Shown one piece after another: positions 10,221-20,294 of a DNA stretch of 57,414 nucleotides. Made by a program: the position numbers and the translations under genes. The stretch is from Candidatus Omnitrophota bacterium (GTDB lineage Bacteria > Omnitrophota > Gorgyraeia > Zapsychrales > Fredricksoniimonadaceae). The first letter of the stretch is position 1, and every line of letters begins with the position of its first letter. The stretch is taken from assembly GCA_963828495.1 (NCBI GenBank), contig CAWHFJ010000010.1:1-57414 (forward strand). The letters run 5' to 3'. The notes below the pieces were generated by a model. The model had not been told where the DNA came from. It was given only the letters and a program-made list of their open reading frames with translations, and ran no database searches.

Positions 10221-10285
10221 CGGCACGAGCGACCTCAGCCCGACAATCGGGTCCGACAATCGACCGTTCCGCCGGGGGAGGAACT

Positions 10286-11409
10286 ATGAAGGTCGCAGTA
10301 GCTGCCAAACGAAGCGGGCGAGCCGCGGGTGGGCGCGACGCCCGAAACGGTCAAGAAGATCGTCGGCCTGGGTGCCGATGTCGCGGTCGAACCCGGTGCC
10401 GGCTCAAATCCGGAATCCTCGATACCGACTTCACGGCTGCCGGCGCTGCCGTCTCCGCGGAGGCGTTAACGGCGCCGATATCGTGCTCCGGGTCCGCGCC
10501 CAGAGGCCGCGGAACTTCCCGGCTGAAGCAGGGCGTTATCGTCGTCGGGATCATGGATTCGTTCGGCCATGAGACGCGCTGCGCGCCATCGCGGGCGCAG
10601 GCGTGACCGGCTTTCGCCATGGAGCTTTTGCCGCGCATCACCCGCGCCCAGGTCATGGACGTGCTCTCCAGCCAGGCCAATCTCGCCGGTTACCGCGCCG
10701 TGATCGACGCCGCCGCGGAATACGGCCGGGCGCTGCCGATGATGATGACGGCCGCCGGCACGGGGCCGGCGACGAAAGTGTTCGTCATGGGTGCCGGCGT
10801 CGCCGGACTTCAGGCGATCGCGACCGCGCGCCGGCTCGGCGCCATCGTCACCGCGACCGATGTGCGCCCCGCCGCCAAGGAACAGGTCGAGAGTCTCGGC
10901 GCGAAATTCATCGCGGTCGAGGACGAGGAATTCAAGGCGGCCGAGACCGCCGGCGGCTACGCCAAGGAAATGTCGAAAGACTACCAGGCCAAGCAGGCGG
11001 CGCTGGTCGCCGAGCACGTCAAGAAGCAGGACATCGTCATCACGACCGCGCTGATCCCGGGCCGGCCGGCGCCGCGGCTGATCACCAAGGAGATGGTGGC
11101 GTCGATGCGGCCGGGCTCGGTGGTCGTCGATCTCGCGGTCGAGCGCGGCGGCAATGTCGAGGGCGAGGCCGGACCAGGTCGCCGAGGTCAGCGGCGTCAA
11201 GATCGTCGGCTATCGCAACGTGCCGGCCGGCTCGCGCCACGGCATCGAGCCTCTACGCCAAGAACCTCTACGCATTCCTCGAAATCCTGATCGACAAGAA
11301 GACCAAGGCGCTTGCCGTCAACTGGGATGACGACATCGTCAAGGCGACCGCGCTGACGCGCGACGGCGCCGATCGTGCATCCGAACTTCGAGCCGAAGAG
11401 CGCGCGTGA
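10286..11409 (+). CDS. pntA: NAD(P) transhydrogenase alpha-1 subunit, multiple frameshifts
   Basis: MELLPRITRAQVMDVLSSQANLAGY, GAGVAGLQAIATARRLGA, DIVITTALIPG; end coordinate approximate. Confidence 0.9.
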
Positions 11410-11457
11410 GATAAAGTTCGCGGCCCCGCCGCCGTCTGGGGAGAGGGAGAACTGAGA

Positions 11458-11850
11458 TTGCGCCGTAATGATAACGCTCTCGATCCTCGGCCAGCTCGAT
11501 ATCATCGCCGGCGCGCACGCGGCGCCGGCGCATCGGCAAGCGACGTCGTCGATCCGTTCGTGTTCCGGCTGTCGATCTTCGTGCTGGCGGTGTTCGTCGG
11601 CTATTACGTGGTGTGGTCGGTGACGCCGGCGCTGCACACGCCGTTGATGTCGGTGACCAATGCGATCTCCTCGGTGATCGTGGTCGGCGCGCTGTTGGCG
11701 GTCGGTGTCGCGCTTGCCGGCGACGATACCGGTCCGCTGTGGGCGCGCGTCCTCGGTTTCGTCGCGCTCGTCTTCGCGTCGGTCAATATATTCGGCGGCT
11801 TCCTGGTGACGCAGCGCATGCTCGCCATGTTCCAGCGCAAGCAAAAATGA
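11458..11850 (+). CDS. NAD(P) transhydrogenase alpha-2 (membrane) subunit
   Basis: [31 protein letters not shown]; N-terminus probably frameshifted. Confidence 0.88.
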   Translation: MRRNDNALDPRPARYHRRRARGAGASASDVVDPFVFRLSIFVLAVFVGYYVVWSVTPALHTPLMSVTNAISSVIVVGALLAVGVALAGDDTGPLWARVLGFVALVFASVNIFGGFLVTQRMLAMFQRKQK

Positions 11851-11866
11851 CAAGAAGGGCAGCCCA

Positions 11867-12927
11867 ATGAGCGCCAATATCGTTGCGCTGTGCTACCTCG
11901 TCGCCGGCGCGCTTTTCATCATGGCGTTGCGCGGGCTGTCGAACCCGAAACCAGTCGCCGCGGCAATCAGTTCGGCATGATCGGCATGGCGATCGCGGTG
12001 GTGACGACGCTCGCCTCGCATCCGCCGGTCGAGCGGCCGCCTGGGCGCTGGTCGTCGGCGGCATGGCGATCGGCGGCGGCATCGGCGCCGTCATCGCGCG
12101 GCGCGTGCCGATGACCTCGATGCCGGAATTGGTGGCGGCGTTCCACTCGCTGGTCGGCATGGCGGCGGTGCTGGTCGCGGCGGGCGCGCTCTACGCGCCG
12201 GCGGCCTTCGGCATCGGCAGCGAAGGCGCCATCCACGGCCAGAGCCTGATCGAAATGTCGCTCGGCGTCGCCATCGGCGCCATCACCTTCACCGGCTCGG
12301 TGATCGCGTTTCTGAAGCTCTCCGGCCGGATGAGTGGCGCGCCGATCATGCTGCCGGCGCGGCACTTCATCAATATCGTGCTCGGGTTGAGCTCGTCCGC
12401 TAGTCGTCTGGTTCTTCAAGGCGCAGCAGCATGTCGCGTTCTGGCTGATCGCCGGCGTGTCGTTCCTGCTCGGGGCGCTCATCATCGTGCCGATCGGCGG
12501 CGCCGACATGCCGGTCGTGATCTCGATGCTCAACTCCTATTCGGGCTGGGCCGCGGCCGGCATCGGCTTCACGCTCGGCAATTCGGCGTTGATCGTAACC
12601 GGCGCGCTGGTCGGATCGTCGGGCGCGATCCTGTCCTACATCATGTGCAAGGGAATGAACCGGTCCTTCCTCTCGGTGATCCTTGGCGGCTTCGGCGGCG
12701 AGGTATCGGGACCGGCGGCGGCGGCCGGCGACCGGCCGGTGAAGATCGGCTCGGCGGAAGATGCCGCCTTCATTCTCAAGAACGCCGGCAAGGTCATCAT
12801 CGTGCCGGGCTACGGCATGGCGGTGGCGCAGGCGCAGCACGCGCTGCGTGAAATGGGCGACAAGCTCAAGGCCGAAGGCGTCGAGGTCAAATACGCCATT
12901 CATCCGGTGGCGGGGCGCATGCCCGGC
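11867..12927 (+). CDS. pntB: NAD(P) transhydrogenase beta subunit, frameshifted and truncated at junction
   Basis: [51 protein letters not shown], then an abrupt switch to AT-rich sequence. Confidence 0.9.
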
Positions 12928-13820
12928 GTTTATGCGACAACAATTCTTTCTCAATGGCCTTATTCACAGAACAAGAAATACTCGCTTTAAAGGTCAACGT
13001 AGACGGGCGTATAAACGATATATGATTGGTGATGACGAGATTGCGTTGATTCGTAACACGCTATCCAGCATTGAAAGTTTTTCTGAAAGAGAAGCTAATG
13101 CAAGGGCAGTTGAAAGCATTGGATATTTGCATGAAATTCGTAATAGCATAGGGATTGTGCTAGATTGGAGTCAGAAAATTATTGCGCAACAAACTGGAGG
13201 GAACTTCGAATCCCAACTTGAAAAGGCAGATATAAACATACAAAACCTATTTCGATCCATTAACTTATTACAGGAACAAACAAATTTGTGTGATGTGATT
13301 GCTAACCCTGCAGCGATAACTTACGGTGCGAAGTGTTCGTATAATTTGGCGGGATTTGTGTATAAACTCGTGAAACTTTTTGAGCCTCGTGGGGCGCAAA
13401 AAGGCTGCCAAATTCGAAAGAATGGGACTGGGAATATCGATGTTTTTACATTTAATTCTTTTAAACTCCTGCCGTTAATTTTAATTGATAACGCAATTAA
13501 ATATAGTATTCCAGGACGAGAGATTGTTGTTGACCTAGACGATGTTGACGACAAGATTATCTTCTCGGTATTCTCTTGATGGATTAATAATTCCTGCGAA
13601 CTTGAGAGAAAAGATATTTGAGAAAGGTTTTAGAGCTCCTGAAGCAAAAAAGATCGAAAGTAAAGGTATGGGATTAGGCCTTTATGTGGCCCGTTAAATT
13701 GTTGCTGCTCACGGGGCGATCATTTCATATGAATGTGTAGCACATCAAGGCAACGAAGGAAGGAATAGTTTTATTATAAGCACACCAAAAGACACGTTTA
13801 ATGCCTCACTTGATGCGTAG
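12928..13820 (+). pseudogene. Sensor histidine kinase C-terminal part (partial, disrupted)
   Basis: H-box YLHEIRN, N-box LIDNAIKYS, G2-box GMGLGLYVA in a shifted frame with an in-frame stop. Confidence 0.65.
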
Positions 13821-13990
13821 GATTATCTTCAGTCTATTTTAAAAAAGGGGACGTGTAATATTTCCTGTAATAACATTTACAAAAAAATCTATATTGATAT
13901 ATTAATATTAAGATATAATCAATATTATTATTGTTTTGTTATCAATAAATATCATTGACAATATTTTTGTTTTTGTTAATATCATCTATA

Positions 13991-14010
13991 GAAATTGATA
14001 CGTCAATTTC
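13991..14010. promoter_or_regulatory. Palindrome upstream of integrase
   Basis: GAAATTGA-TACG-TCAATTTC in a very AT-rich tract. Confidence 0.3.
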
Positions 14011-14086
14011 TCGATTATCCCCCCAATCGGTATAGCAGAAATCCCCCAAGCGTTTAACTCCCTCAATTATCTATGGTATAGCTCCC

Positions 14087-15268
14087 ATGGACCAGCAAAT
14101 CATACCTATATTTAGCTCTACGGAAATCCTAGAAGCTAAATTTAAACTCGCCAAAGAATCTGGGGCTTATGCTCAAGATGTGGAATATTTCCTAACAATA
14201 GAATTCCTACTAAGTTATAAAGGAAGTAAAGATACCTTCGCAACCTACCGCAGTGAACTAGAAAAGCTATTCTTATGGACAAGGACGGTTGCCAAAAAGA
14301 CAATTAAAACCCTTGGCCGTTGTGAAATCGAAGAGTTTATTGATTTCTGTAAGAAACCCCCTTTATCATGGATCGGACCACAAAAGGCATTTAGATTTAT
14401 CAAAAAAGGAGGGAAGCTAACGCCAAATCTTAATTGGCGGCCTTTTGCGTGTAAATCCGGATCAATTTATAAACTTTCAGATTCAGGTATAAAAGTTCTA
14501 TTCGGAGTACTCAATAGTTATTTTGGCTTTCTTATCCAACAAGAATATATAACTGTTAATCCCGTTATGCTTATAAGACAGAAAAAAAGATTCTTACGAA
14601 CAACACAAGAACTTCCGCGAATCAGGAGAATATCAAATACGGCTAAAAATTATTTGATTGCGGAAGTTGAAATGATGGCTCGTGAGGATCCTCAAACTCA
14701 TGAGAGGACTCTTTTTATTATCAAAGCGCTGCTTTCCATGTATCTGCGCGTATCCGAACTTACTGAAAATGATCGTTGGATCCCTAAAATGAAAGATTTT
14801 TATAGAGATTCTGAAGATCGTTGGTGGTTTTATACAATAGGGAAGGGGAACAAAGAAGGGGAAATCTCAGTCAGTGATGAAATGTTGAGTGCTTTAAAAC
14901 GATATCGCATTCATTTAGGTTTGTCCCCGCTGCCATCCATTGACGATGAAAGTCCTCTAATTTATAAATACAAACATATCAATACCGGCATCAAAAGCAC
15001 CCGGCAAATTCGGGGAATAGTCCAAAAATGTTATGATCGAACCATAAGTTCATTACTCAAAGATGGAAAAACAGAAGACGCTAATGAGTTAAAGCATGCG
15101 ACTGTCCACTGGTTAAGGCACACAGGAATTTCGGAAGATATTAAGAGCGGCCGTCCAAGGGAACATGTAAGAGATGATGCAAGGCACAGCTCAAGTGTAA
15201 TTACTGATAGATATGTGGACATTTCAAAGGCGGAAAGACATAAATCTGCAAAGGATAAAAGAATTTAA
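14087..15268 (+). CDS. Tyrosine recombinase/site-specific integrase
   Basis: Catalytic set YLRVSE, GKGNK, HWLRH, ARH, DRY; SAM-like N-terminal domain (TFATYRSELEK). Confidence 0.9.
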   Translation: MDQQIIPIFSSTEILEAKFKLAKESGAYAQDVEYFLTIEFLLSYKGSKDTFATYRSELEKLFLWTRTVAKKTIKTLGRCEIEEFIDFCKKPPLSWIGPQKAFRFIKKGGKLTPNLNWRPFACKSGSIYKLSDSGIKVLFGVLNSYFGFLIQQEYITVNPVMLIRQKKRFLRTTQELPRIRRISNTAKNYLIAEVEMMAREDPQTHERTLFIIKALLSMYLRVSELTENDRWIPKMKDFYRDSEDRWWFYTIGKGNKEGEISVSDEMLSALKRYRIHLGLSPLPSIDDESPLIYKYKHINTGIKSTRQIRGIVQKCYDRTISSLLKDGKTEDANELKHATVHWLRHTGISEDIKSGRPREHVRDDARHSSSVITDRYVDISKAERHKSAKDKRI

Positions 15269-15278
15269 TTGCAATTTG

Positions 15279-15294
15279 GTAACTTATATGTTAC
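15279..15294. promoter_or_regulatory. Putative TA operator
   Basis: GTAAC-N6-GTTAC palindrome just after TTGCAA and upstream of the toxin start. Confidence 0.45.
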
Positions 15295-15312
15295 TTTTTA
15301 GATAGGGCTTGT

Positions 15313-15636
15313 ATGATTAAGATTGAAGAATATATAACTATAGATGGAAAAAGCCCTTTTGCTGACTGGTTTAACAGCCTTGATTCTCATGCAGCAAATA
15401 AAGTAAATGTTTATTTGACTCGTATTGAGCAAGGGAATTGTTCGAATTTAAAACCTATTAATGGTGCTTTTCAAGAAGTGATTATTGACTGGGGGCCGGG
15501 TTATCGGGTTTATATTGGTAAAGATGGAGATAAATTAATCATTCTTTTGGGAGGCGGAACAAAGAAACATCAGCAAAAAGATATTGACCATGCCCAATGG
15601 CTTTGGGATGAATATAAGCAGCGTAAAAAAGGTTAA
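15313..15636 (+). CDS. Type II TA toxin, RelE/HigB-like (addiction module killer type)
   Basis: GKSPFADWFNSL, IDWGPGYRVY, ILLGGGTKKHQQKDI. Confidence 0.85.
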   Translation: MIKIEEYITIDGKSPFADWFNSLDSHAANKVNVYLTRIEQGNCSNLKPINGAFQEVIIDWGPGYRVYIGKDGDKLIILLGGGTKKHQQKDIDHAQWLWDEYKQRKKG

Positions 15637-15641
15637 AAACG

Positions 15642-15959
15642 ATGACAATTACACGTAATTTCAAAGAAACAGTCCAAGCTCGTGCCTTACGAGACAAGAA
15701 ATTCCGCGAAGGGATTCTTCGTGAAAGTATAGAATGCATGCTTTCAGGAGATATTAAAATAGGTAAAGCGTTGTTGCGTGATTATATTAATGCAACTGTT
15801 GGCTTTGAAAAACTGTCTAGATTGACCCATAAAGACCCTAAAAGTCTGATGCGTATGTTTAGCGTTACCGGAAATCCAACAGCTAATAATCTTTTTGAGG
15901 TGATCCATATATTACAAGAAAAAGAAGGCGTTCACTACGAATTACAAACTGTTAAATAG
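15642..15959 (+). CDS. Cognate HTH antitoxin/transcriptional regulator
   Basis: LLRDYINATVGFEKLS..KSLMRMFS..GNPTANNLF; follows the toxin. Confidence 0.8.
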   Translation: MTITRNFKETVQARALRDKKFREGILRESIECMLSGDIKIGKALLRDYINATVGFEKLSRLTHKDPKSLMRMFSVTGNPTANNLFEVIHILQEKEGVHYELQTVK

Positions 15960-16068
15960 GAGAATTAAAATCGTCACCGGGGATTAATTTAATTCTTATT
16001 TCTTTATTGCACATGTTATAATATCTAAATATAAACATGTGTATAATTATGAGAAAAGAAATATCTTT

Positions 16069-16608
16069 ATGACCGAACGTTCGGTTTTTCATCTTATTTC
16101 CGATTTCACCCATGAGCAGGGGGTTCCGTGTGTTTTAATTGGCGGGTTTGCCATTAATTATTACAAAGTGACCCGTCAAACGGCTGATGTAGACTTTTTA
16201 ATTACTAAAGAAGGTTTTGATAAGATCGTAGGTCTTTTTGAGAAAATGGGATATAAAACATCTTTATCACAGGAGAATTTTGCCCAGCTCGAAAGTAGCC
16301 GCATTTCGCTCTTAGATGTAGATTTTATGTTTGTAGATAAAGATACACTTACGAAAATTATGAAAGAAGGAAAGCAGTTTAAAATCGTCGGCCAAACGTT
16401 TATTGTTCCGTCTTTATACCATTTGATCGCTTTAAAACTGCATTCAATAAAATATAATCCAAAGATTCGTCTAACTACGGATTTCCCTGATATTATCAAT
16501 TTGATTCGAATTAATGAGGTAAATGTTAAGGATAAAGAATTTGAAGAAATATGCCTGAAATACGGATCTGCTGATCTATATAATAAGATAATTGAGGCAA
16601 TAAAATGA
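16069..16608 (+). CDS. Polymerase-beta-like nucleotidyltransferase family protein
   Basis: LIGGFAINYY..TRQTADVDF (GG..R.T.D.D), LIALKL; upstream inverted repeat CACATGTT/AACATGTG (16010-16041). Confidence 0.75.
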   Translation: MTERSVFHLISDFTHEQGVPCVLIGGFAINYYKVTRQTADVDFLITKEGFDKIVGLFEKMGYKTSLSQENFAQLESSRISLLDVDFMFVDKDTLTKIMKEGKQFKIVGQTFIVPSLYHLIALKLHSIKYNPKIRLTTDFPDIINLIRINEVNVKDKEFEEICLKYGSADLYNKIIEAIK

Positions 16609-16778
16609 AGATGTTAAAATTACCTATTATTAAAGGGAATACTTCTAAAACTAAAATTCTTTCAATGGATGAGTATATTAAATTTATTCAATTTAATTTA
16701 CAGCAGGCCTTTGATAAAAAAGCTTATGCAAAATGGAAAAAGATGAGGATTGTTAATGTTGCATTCAGCATTAAATGA
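16605..16778 (+). CDS. 57-aa basic protein translationally coupled to the nucleotidyltransferase (not in ORF track)
   Basis: ATGA overlap; MKMLKLPIIKGNTSKTKILSMDEYIKFIQFNLQQAFDKKAYAKWKKMRIVNVAFSIK. Confidence 0.6.
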   Translation: MKMLKLPIIKGNTSKTKILSMDEYIKFIQFNLQQAFDKKAYAKWKKMRIVNVAFSIK

Positions 16779-16875
16779 ATAGGTATAGATGATTTTGTGT
16801 TTAAGGGGTAAATTCGGTGGGTTGTGGTGGATGCGTGCGGTTTGGGTTCTTTGATAGGTGATATTTGGATGCGTA

Positions 16876-16902
16876 TGGATTCCCGCTTTCGCGGGAATGA
16901 CA
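16876..16902. repeat. REP-like palindrome (TGGATTCCCGC-TTTC-GCGGGAATGACA)
   Basis: Hairpin; related copy at 17791-17817; extra GGGAATGACA at 16914. Confidence 0.75.
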
Positions 16903-16998
16903 AAGCGAAAGTTGGGAATGACATAAGTTTTGTAGTAAACCCTCAACAAGGATGATCCAATGGGATGGGAAGGCGCTGATTAAGCTGTAGGGCGTAAA

Positions 16999-17037
16999 GA
17001 GATTGCTTCGCCCTAAAAAACAGGGCTCGCAATGACA
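16999..17037. repeat. REP-like element GAGATTGCTTCG...CTCGCAATGACA
   Basis: Imperfect hairpin of a widespread intergenic repeat type. Confidence 0.6.
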
Positions 17038-17056
17038 CTCTTTTCCCCATCTAACA

Positions 17057-17084
17057 ACTTCCTATAATATATGTTATGTTAAGT
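17057..17084 (+). other. dif: dif site (XerC/XerD recombination site)
   Basis: ACTTCCTATAA-TATATG-TTATGTTAAGT has the 11-6-11 layout, close to B. subtilis XerC arm ACTTCCTAGAA and E. coli XerD arm TTATGTTAAAT; genes converge on it from both sides. Confidence 0.85.
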
Positions 17085-17105
17085 ATACACACATAGGAAA
17101 GCCCC

Positions 17106-17786
17106 TTATTCAGCCCATGCCAGTAAATGCCCGTTTTGTTTTAGCCAACGCTCATCCTGCCTGTAATCCGGTATAATTTGGGCTACTTCTGCCCAGAATT
17201 TATGCGAATGGTTCTTCTCTTTGAGATGCATCAGTTCATGCACAATGACATAATCTACCACTCTAGGCGGCGCCATAATCAGCCTCCAGGTGAAATTTAA
17301 GGTGTTTTTATGCCCACAGGACCCCCAACGGGTCCTGGCCTCATTAATCTTGATGATGTGACCTTTCAACCCGGTTTCCCGGGCATAATCCTCAACTCTT
17401 TGGGTTACATAATCCAATGCCTGGGATTTATACCAATTCTCCAGATGCTTTTTAGCATTAGGCAAAACAACCTGGGATATCTTTAAATCCCCATCAAAAA
17501 CCACCGCTTTAGGCAAATCATCAGATATAACCAACGGATAAACCTTGCCTAAGAACAAAAATTCTTCACCGGGTTGGAATTTTCTGACCTTAATTTTACT
17601 TTGTCTTTGCTTAAAATAATCCTGTTTGGCTTTAATCCAGGATTCTTTTTGACGAATGAGCCTGTGGATCAAACCTTCAGAAGCAAAAAATGGCGCACGC
17701 ACAATCAAACGCGCCTCATCGGTTATTTGCAAACCAATGGTTTTCCGGTGACTGCGGATCAGTTTATCTATCGGGATATCAGGCAT
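17106..17786 (-). CDS. YgjP/DUF45-like zinc metallopeptidase-family protein
   Basis: RTRWGSC, LNFTWRLI, VHELMH (HExxH), NHSHKFW. Confidence 0.85.
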   Translation of the reverse strand: MPDIPIDKLIRSHRKTIGLQITDEARLIVRAPFFASEGLIHRLIRQKESWIKAKQDYFKQRQSKIKVRKFQPGEEFLFLGKVYPLVISDDLPKAVVFDGDLKISQVVLPNAKKHLENWYKSQALDYVTQRVEDYARETGLKGHIIKINEARTRWGSCGHKNTLNFTWRLIMAPPRVVDYVIVHELMHLKEKNHSHKFWAEVAQIIPDYRQDERWLKQNGHLLAWAE

Positions 17787-17789
17787 GGA

Positions 17790-19370
17790 CTAGATCCCCG
17801 CTTTTGCGGGAATGTCATCACTACGGAGTTCCGATGGCAAATACATGTTTTCTTCAGTCATAAAATAAAAATCCGCGGCCAATACTCCTGAATAACATTT
17901 TTCTTTTTGTACAGGATCTACGTCTTCGGGCAGGTTTTTCCAGTGGCGCCAATACAAACGAGTATACATGGCTTTGCAAGCATTCCTCTCCAAGGCCCTA
18001 TGAAAAGAATATAACTGATACGGGTCTACTGTGCCTTTAAAAATACTCACAAAACTATACCCGGCACGGTTTAGATTTTGATGTTTGAAAGCCGCTATGC
18101 GATACGTACTGAAAACCAACCCGTTAAGCACAAATACAAGGGCTAAGATGACAGACCATTGGCCAAGCCATTGATAATGAGAAAAAACAAACTGCAGGAA
18201 GAAAACCAAAGAAAAAATGTAAATTAAGGAAAAAAGACTGCCGTAATACCAAATCCCCCATACTTTGGCATTCTGAGACAATTGAAAGGTTTGAAAGAAA
18301 CAATACCCTATCATCAGCAAAATGCCCGCAGCCATCAGTACAAGAAAAATACTCTGCTGGCGGTCACTTTGAGGTAAAGCTTTAAAAAATAAAAAAATCA
18401 TTAACAAAACAACTGCCACGTACATGATCTGAACGCCCAACAATAAAGGATACGCTGATAATTGTCCGTAATTGATTAACAGGTGTGGATGATCGGCAAA
18501 CAAAAATTTTGTATTTTGCCAAAAAAGATTCCAATTCGGCCAAAATAAAGATTTAAACGAGGGATAACATTCATAGTTATTGAAATGAATCCATACCCCG
18601 CGGACCAACCAATGCACATACGGCATGAAAAATTTGATGGTGACCCCATAAACCAAAGGCAGCATAAATAATGTCCCCAATAACCCATACCGCCTATCAT
18701 GCCACAATTGCAACCACAAACGATGGAACAATACAATAGCCATGACATACAAGTAAACCCCTGTTTCATCAGAAAGAAACCCCAAAAACAAAGACAGAAA
18801 ACCCGCCCATAAAACACCCCGCCCTCCCCCTTTGTGAAGGTGTGGGGGTGGCTTTACGCCCAAAGAAAAGAAATACATGGCCAACACACCAAAGAAATTG
18901 ACCAAATTCTTGGCCGGATGGAACAACATCACCAAAGGCCCAAGGAAACCGACGGACGCGATATAAATACAAACTCCCATCAAAGCGACAAAAGAAAAAC
19001 AGCCCATGTTCACAAAGGTGCGCCATAAAAGCCACGGCAGAAGAATGAACATCAACGGCCATTGTAAGGATAAAGACGGATGCGGCGGGATTATATCCCA
19101 AAGGGACGCGCGCCACTTGGTATCTATGACCTCAATCAAATTAGACAGCGGACGCGATAAACGATCGGCATTAAGCTCAATCACATCAATATGAAGAAAT
19201 TTGCTCCAATCCTTGCCTTCCCAATGAGAGCCATTGGATAAAATCCATTGATGCACGGCGAATTTTTCGGGATTCATCCAGGCTAAATCATAATTCAAAA
19301 GAAAAAGAAAAATAAAAAGGTATTCCGCTAATAGAACGCCCCAAAGGCCGAGAGTAATTTTTTTATTCAT
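17790..19370 (-). CDS. Polytopic membrane protein (possible GT-C glycosyltransferase)
   Basis: 526 aa, many TM segments, RPLS motif in the first loop, SDETG; stop codon supplied by a REP-like hairpin. Confidence 0.65.
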   Translation of the reverse strand: MNKKITLGLWGVLLAEYLFIFLFLLNYDLAWMNPEKFAVHQWILSNGSHWEGKDWSKFLHIDVIELNADRLSRPLSNLIEVIDTKWRASLWDIIPPHPSLSLQWPLMFILLPWLLWRTFVNMGCFSFVALMGVCIYIASVGFLGPLVMLFHPAKNLVNFFGVLAMYFFSLGVKPPPHLHKGGGRGVLWAGFLSLFLGFLSDETGVYLYVMAIVLFHRLWLQLWHDRRYGLLGTLFMLPLVYGVTIKFFMPYVHWLVRGVWIHFNNYECYPSFKSLFWPNWNLFWQNTKFLFADHPHLLINYGQLSAYPLLLGVQIMYVAVVLLMIFLFFKALPQSDRQQSIFLVLMAAGILLMIGYCFFQTFQLSQNAKVWGIWYYGSLFSLIYIFSLVFFLQFVFSHYQWLGQWSVILALVFVLNGLVFSTYRIAAFKHQNLNRAGYSFVSIFKGTVDPYQLYSFHRALERNACKAMYTRLYWRHWKNLPEDVDPVQKEKCYSGVLAADFYFMTEENMYLPSELRSDDIPAKAGI

Positions 19371-19738
19371 TAATTATGCTGAACTAAAACAGTTTTGGCT
19401 GGACGACGTTGGAATTTTAAATTGACATATTTGACAGCGACATGATAATAGCCGCTTTTGTTGCGGGAAGAACGGACAACTTTGCCGTAACCATTAAAAA
19501 TATCGAGAATCCCGGACATGACAACCTGAAGCTCAATAACATCACCCAGATGATAAGGTAAAGCACTCACAAAAAGCAACCCGGAAATCGACATATTCTC
19601 CGTAGTGGCTAATTGCCACATAGAATCAACCTTACGGTTATTGTGCCTGACTAACTTATGACGCACGGTGATAATACGCTTGGTGCGCACACTATCACGG
19701 CGGTCCTCAAAAGAATCACGTTTAATGCTCATATACAC
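19370..19738 (-). CDS. PilZ-domain protein
   Basis: DRRDSVR (RxxxR), NMSISG. Confidence 0.75.
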   Translation of the reverse strand: MYMSIKRDSFEDRRDSVRTKRIITVRHKLVRHNNRKVDSMWQLATTENMSISGLLFVSALPYHLGDVIELQVVMSGILDIFNGYGKVVRSSRNKSGYYHVAVKYVNLKFQRRPAKTVLVQHN

Positions 19739-19841
19739 ATTGTATTTTCTTTATACTTTCCGTCAATAAAATTATTTTATCTTATTGAAATTTGGAATAT
19801 GTTATAATAGAAAAGTTCAATCACCCAACCTAAGGACGCTT

Positions 19842-20294
19842 ATGCAAATCATCGAATACCGTCGTTTTATCCGTCACCCGCTGTGTTTACCCCTCTCCTT
19901 TAAAATTATTGAGAAAAATCTCAAAAAAGACCGGAAAAACATCCGTTCCCGTACGAGTAATGTCAGCTTAGGGGGATTGCTGTTCCCCTCTAAACATCCG
20001 GTTAATCCTAAATCCCAAATTGAAATCAAAATGCCTTTTGAGAACAAGATCTTTAATATCAAGGCCCAGGTTGTCCGCTGTATGCGCAATTCAGACACAA
20101 AACTTTATGATATCGCTGTGAGCTTTTTAAGAATGCAAGAAGCTTTTAAAGCTAAAATGATCGAACAGATCTATCTGATCGCCGGTTACAGGGACCTGCT
20201 GAGCTTACAAGCAGGTAAAGAAGTTTCCCTGGAAGAGGCCTCCCGCCGATGGATCAAACGGTATTCAGAAAGATTCAAAAGGCTTTACTGGTGA
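19842..20294 (+). CDS. PilZ-domain protein
   Basis: YRRFIR (RxxxR), NVSLGG; ATG at 19842 with AAGGA RBS. Confidence 0.75.
   Translation: MQIIEYRRFIRHPLCLPLSFKIIEKNLKKDRKNIRSRTSNVSLGGLLFPSKHPVNPKSQIEIKMPFENKIFNIKAQVVRCMRNSDTKLYDIAVSFLRMQEAFKAKMIEQIYLIAGYRDLLSLQAGKEVSLEEASRRWIKRYSERFKRLYW

Noticed and set aside
12761-13579. PntB-histidine kinase or other fusion ORFs crossing junctions (also 8758-9378, 50679-51410)
   Set aside because: They span compositional breakpoints and are artefacts of contig concatenation
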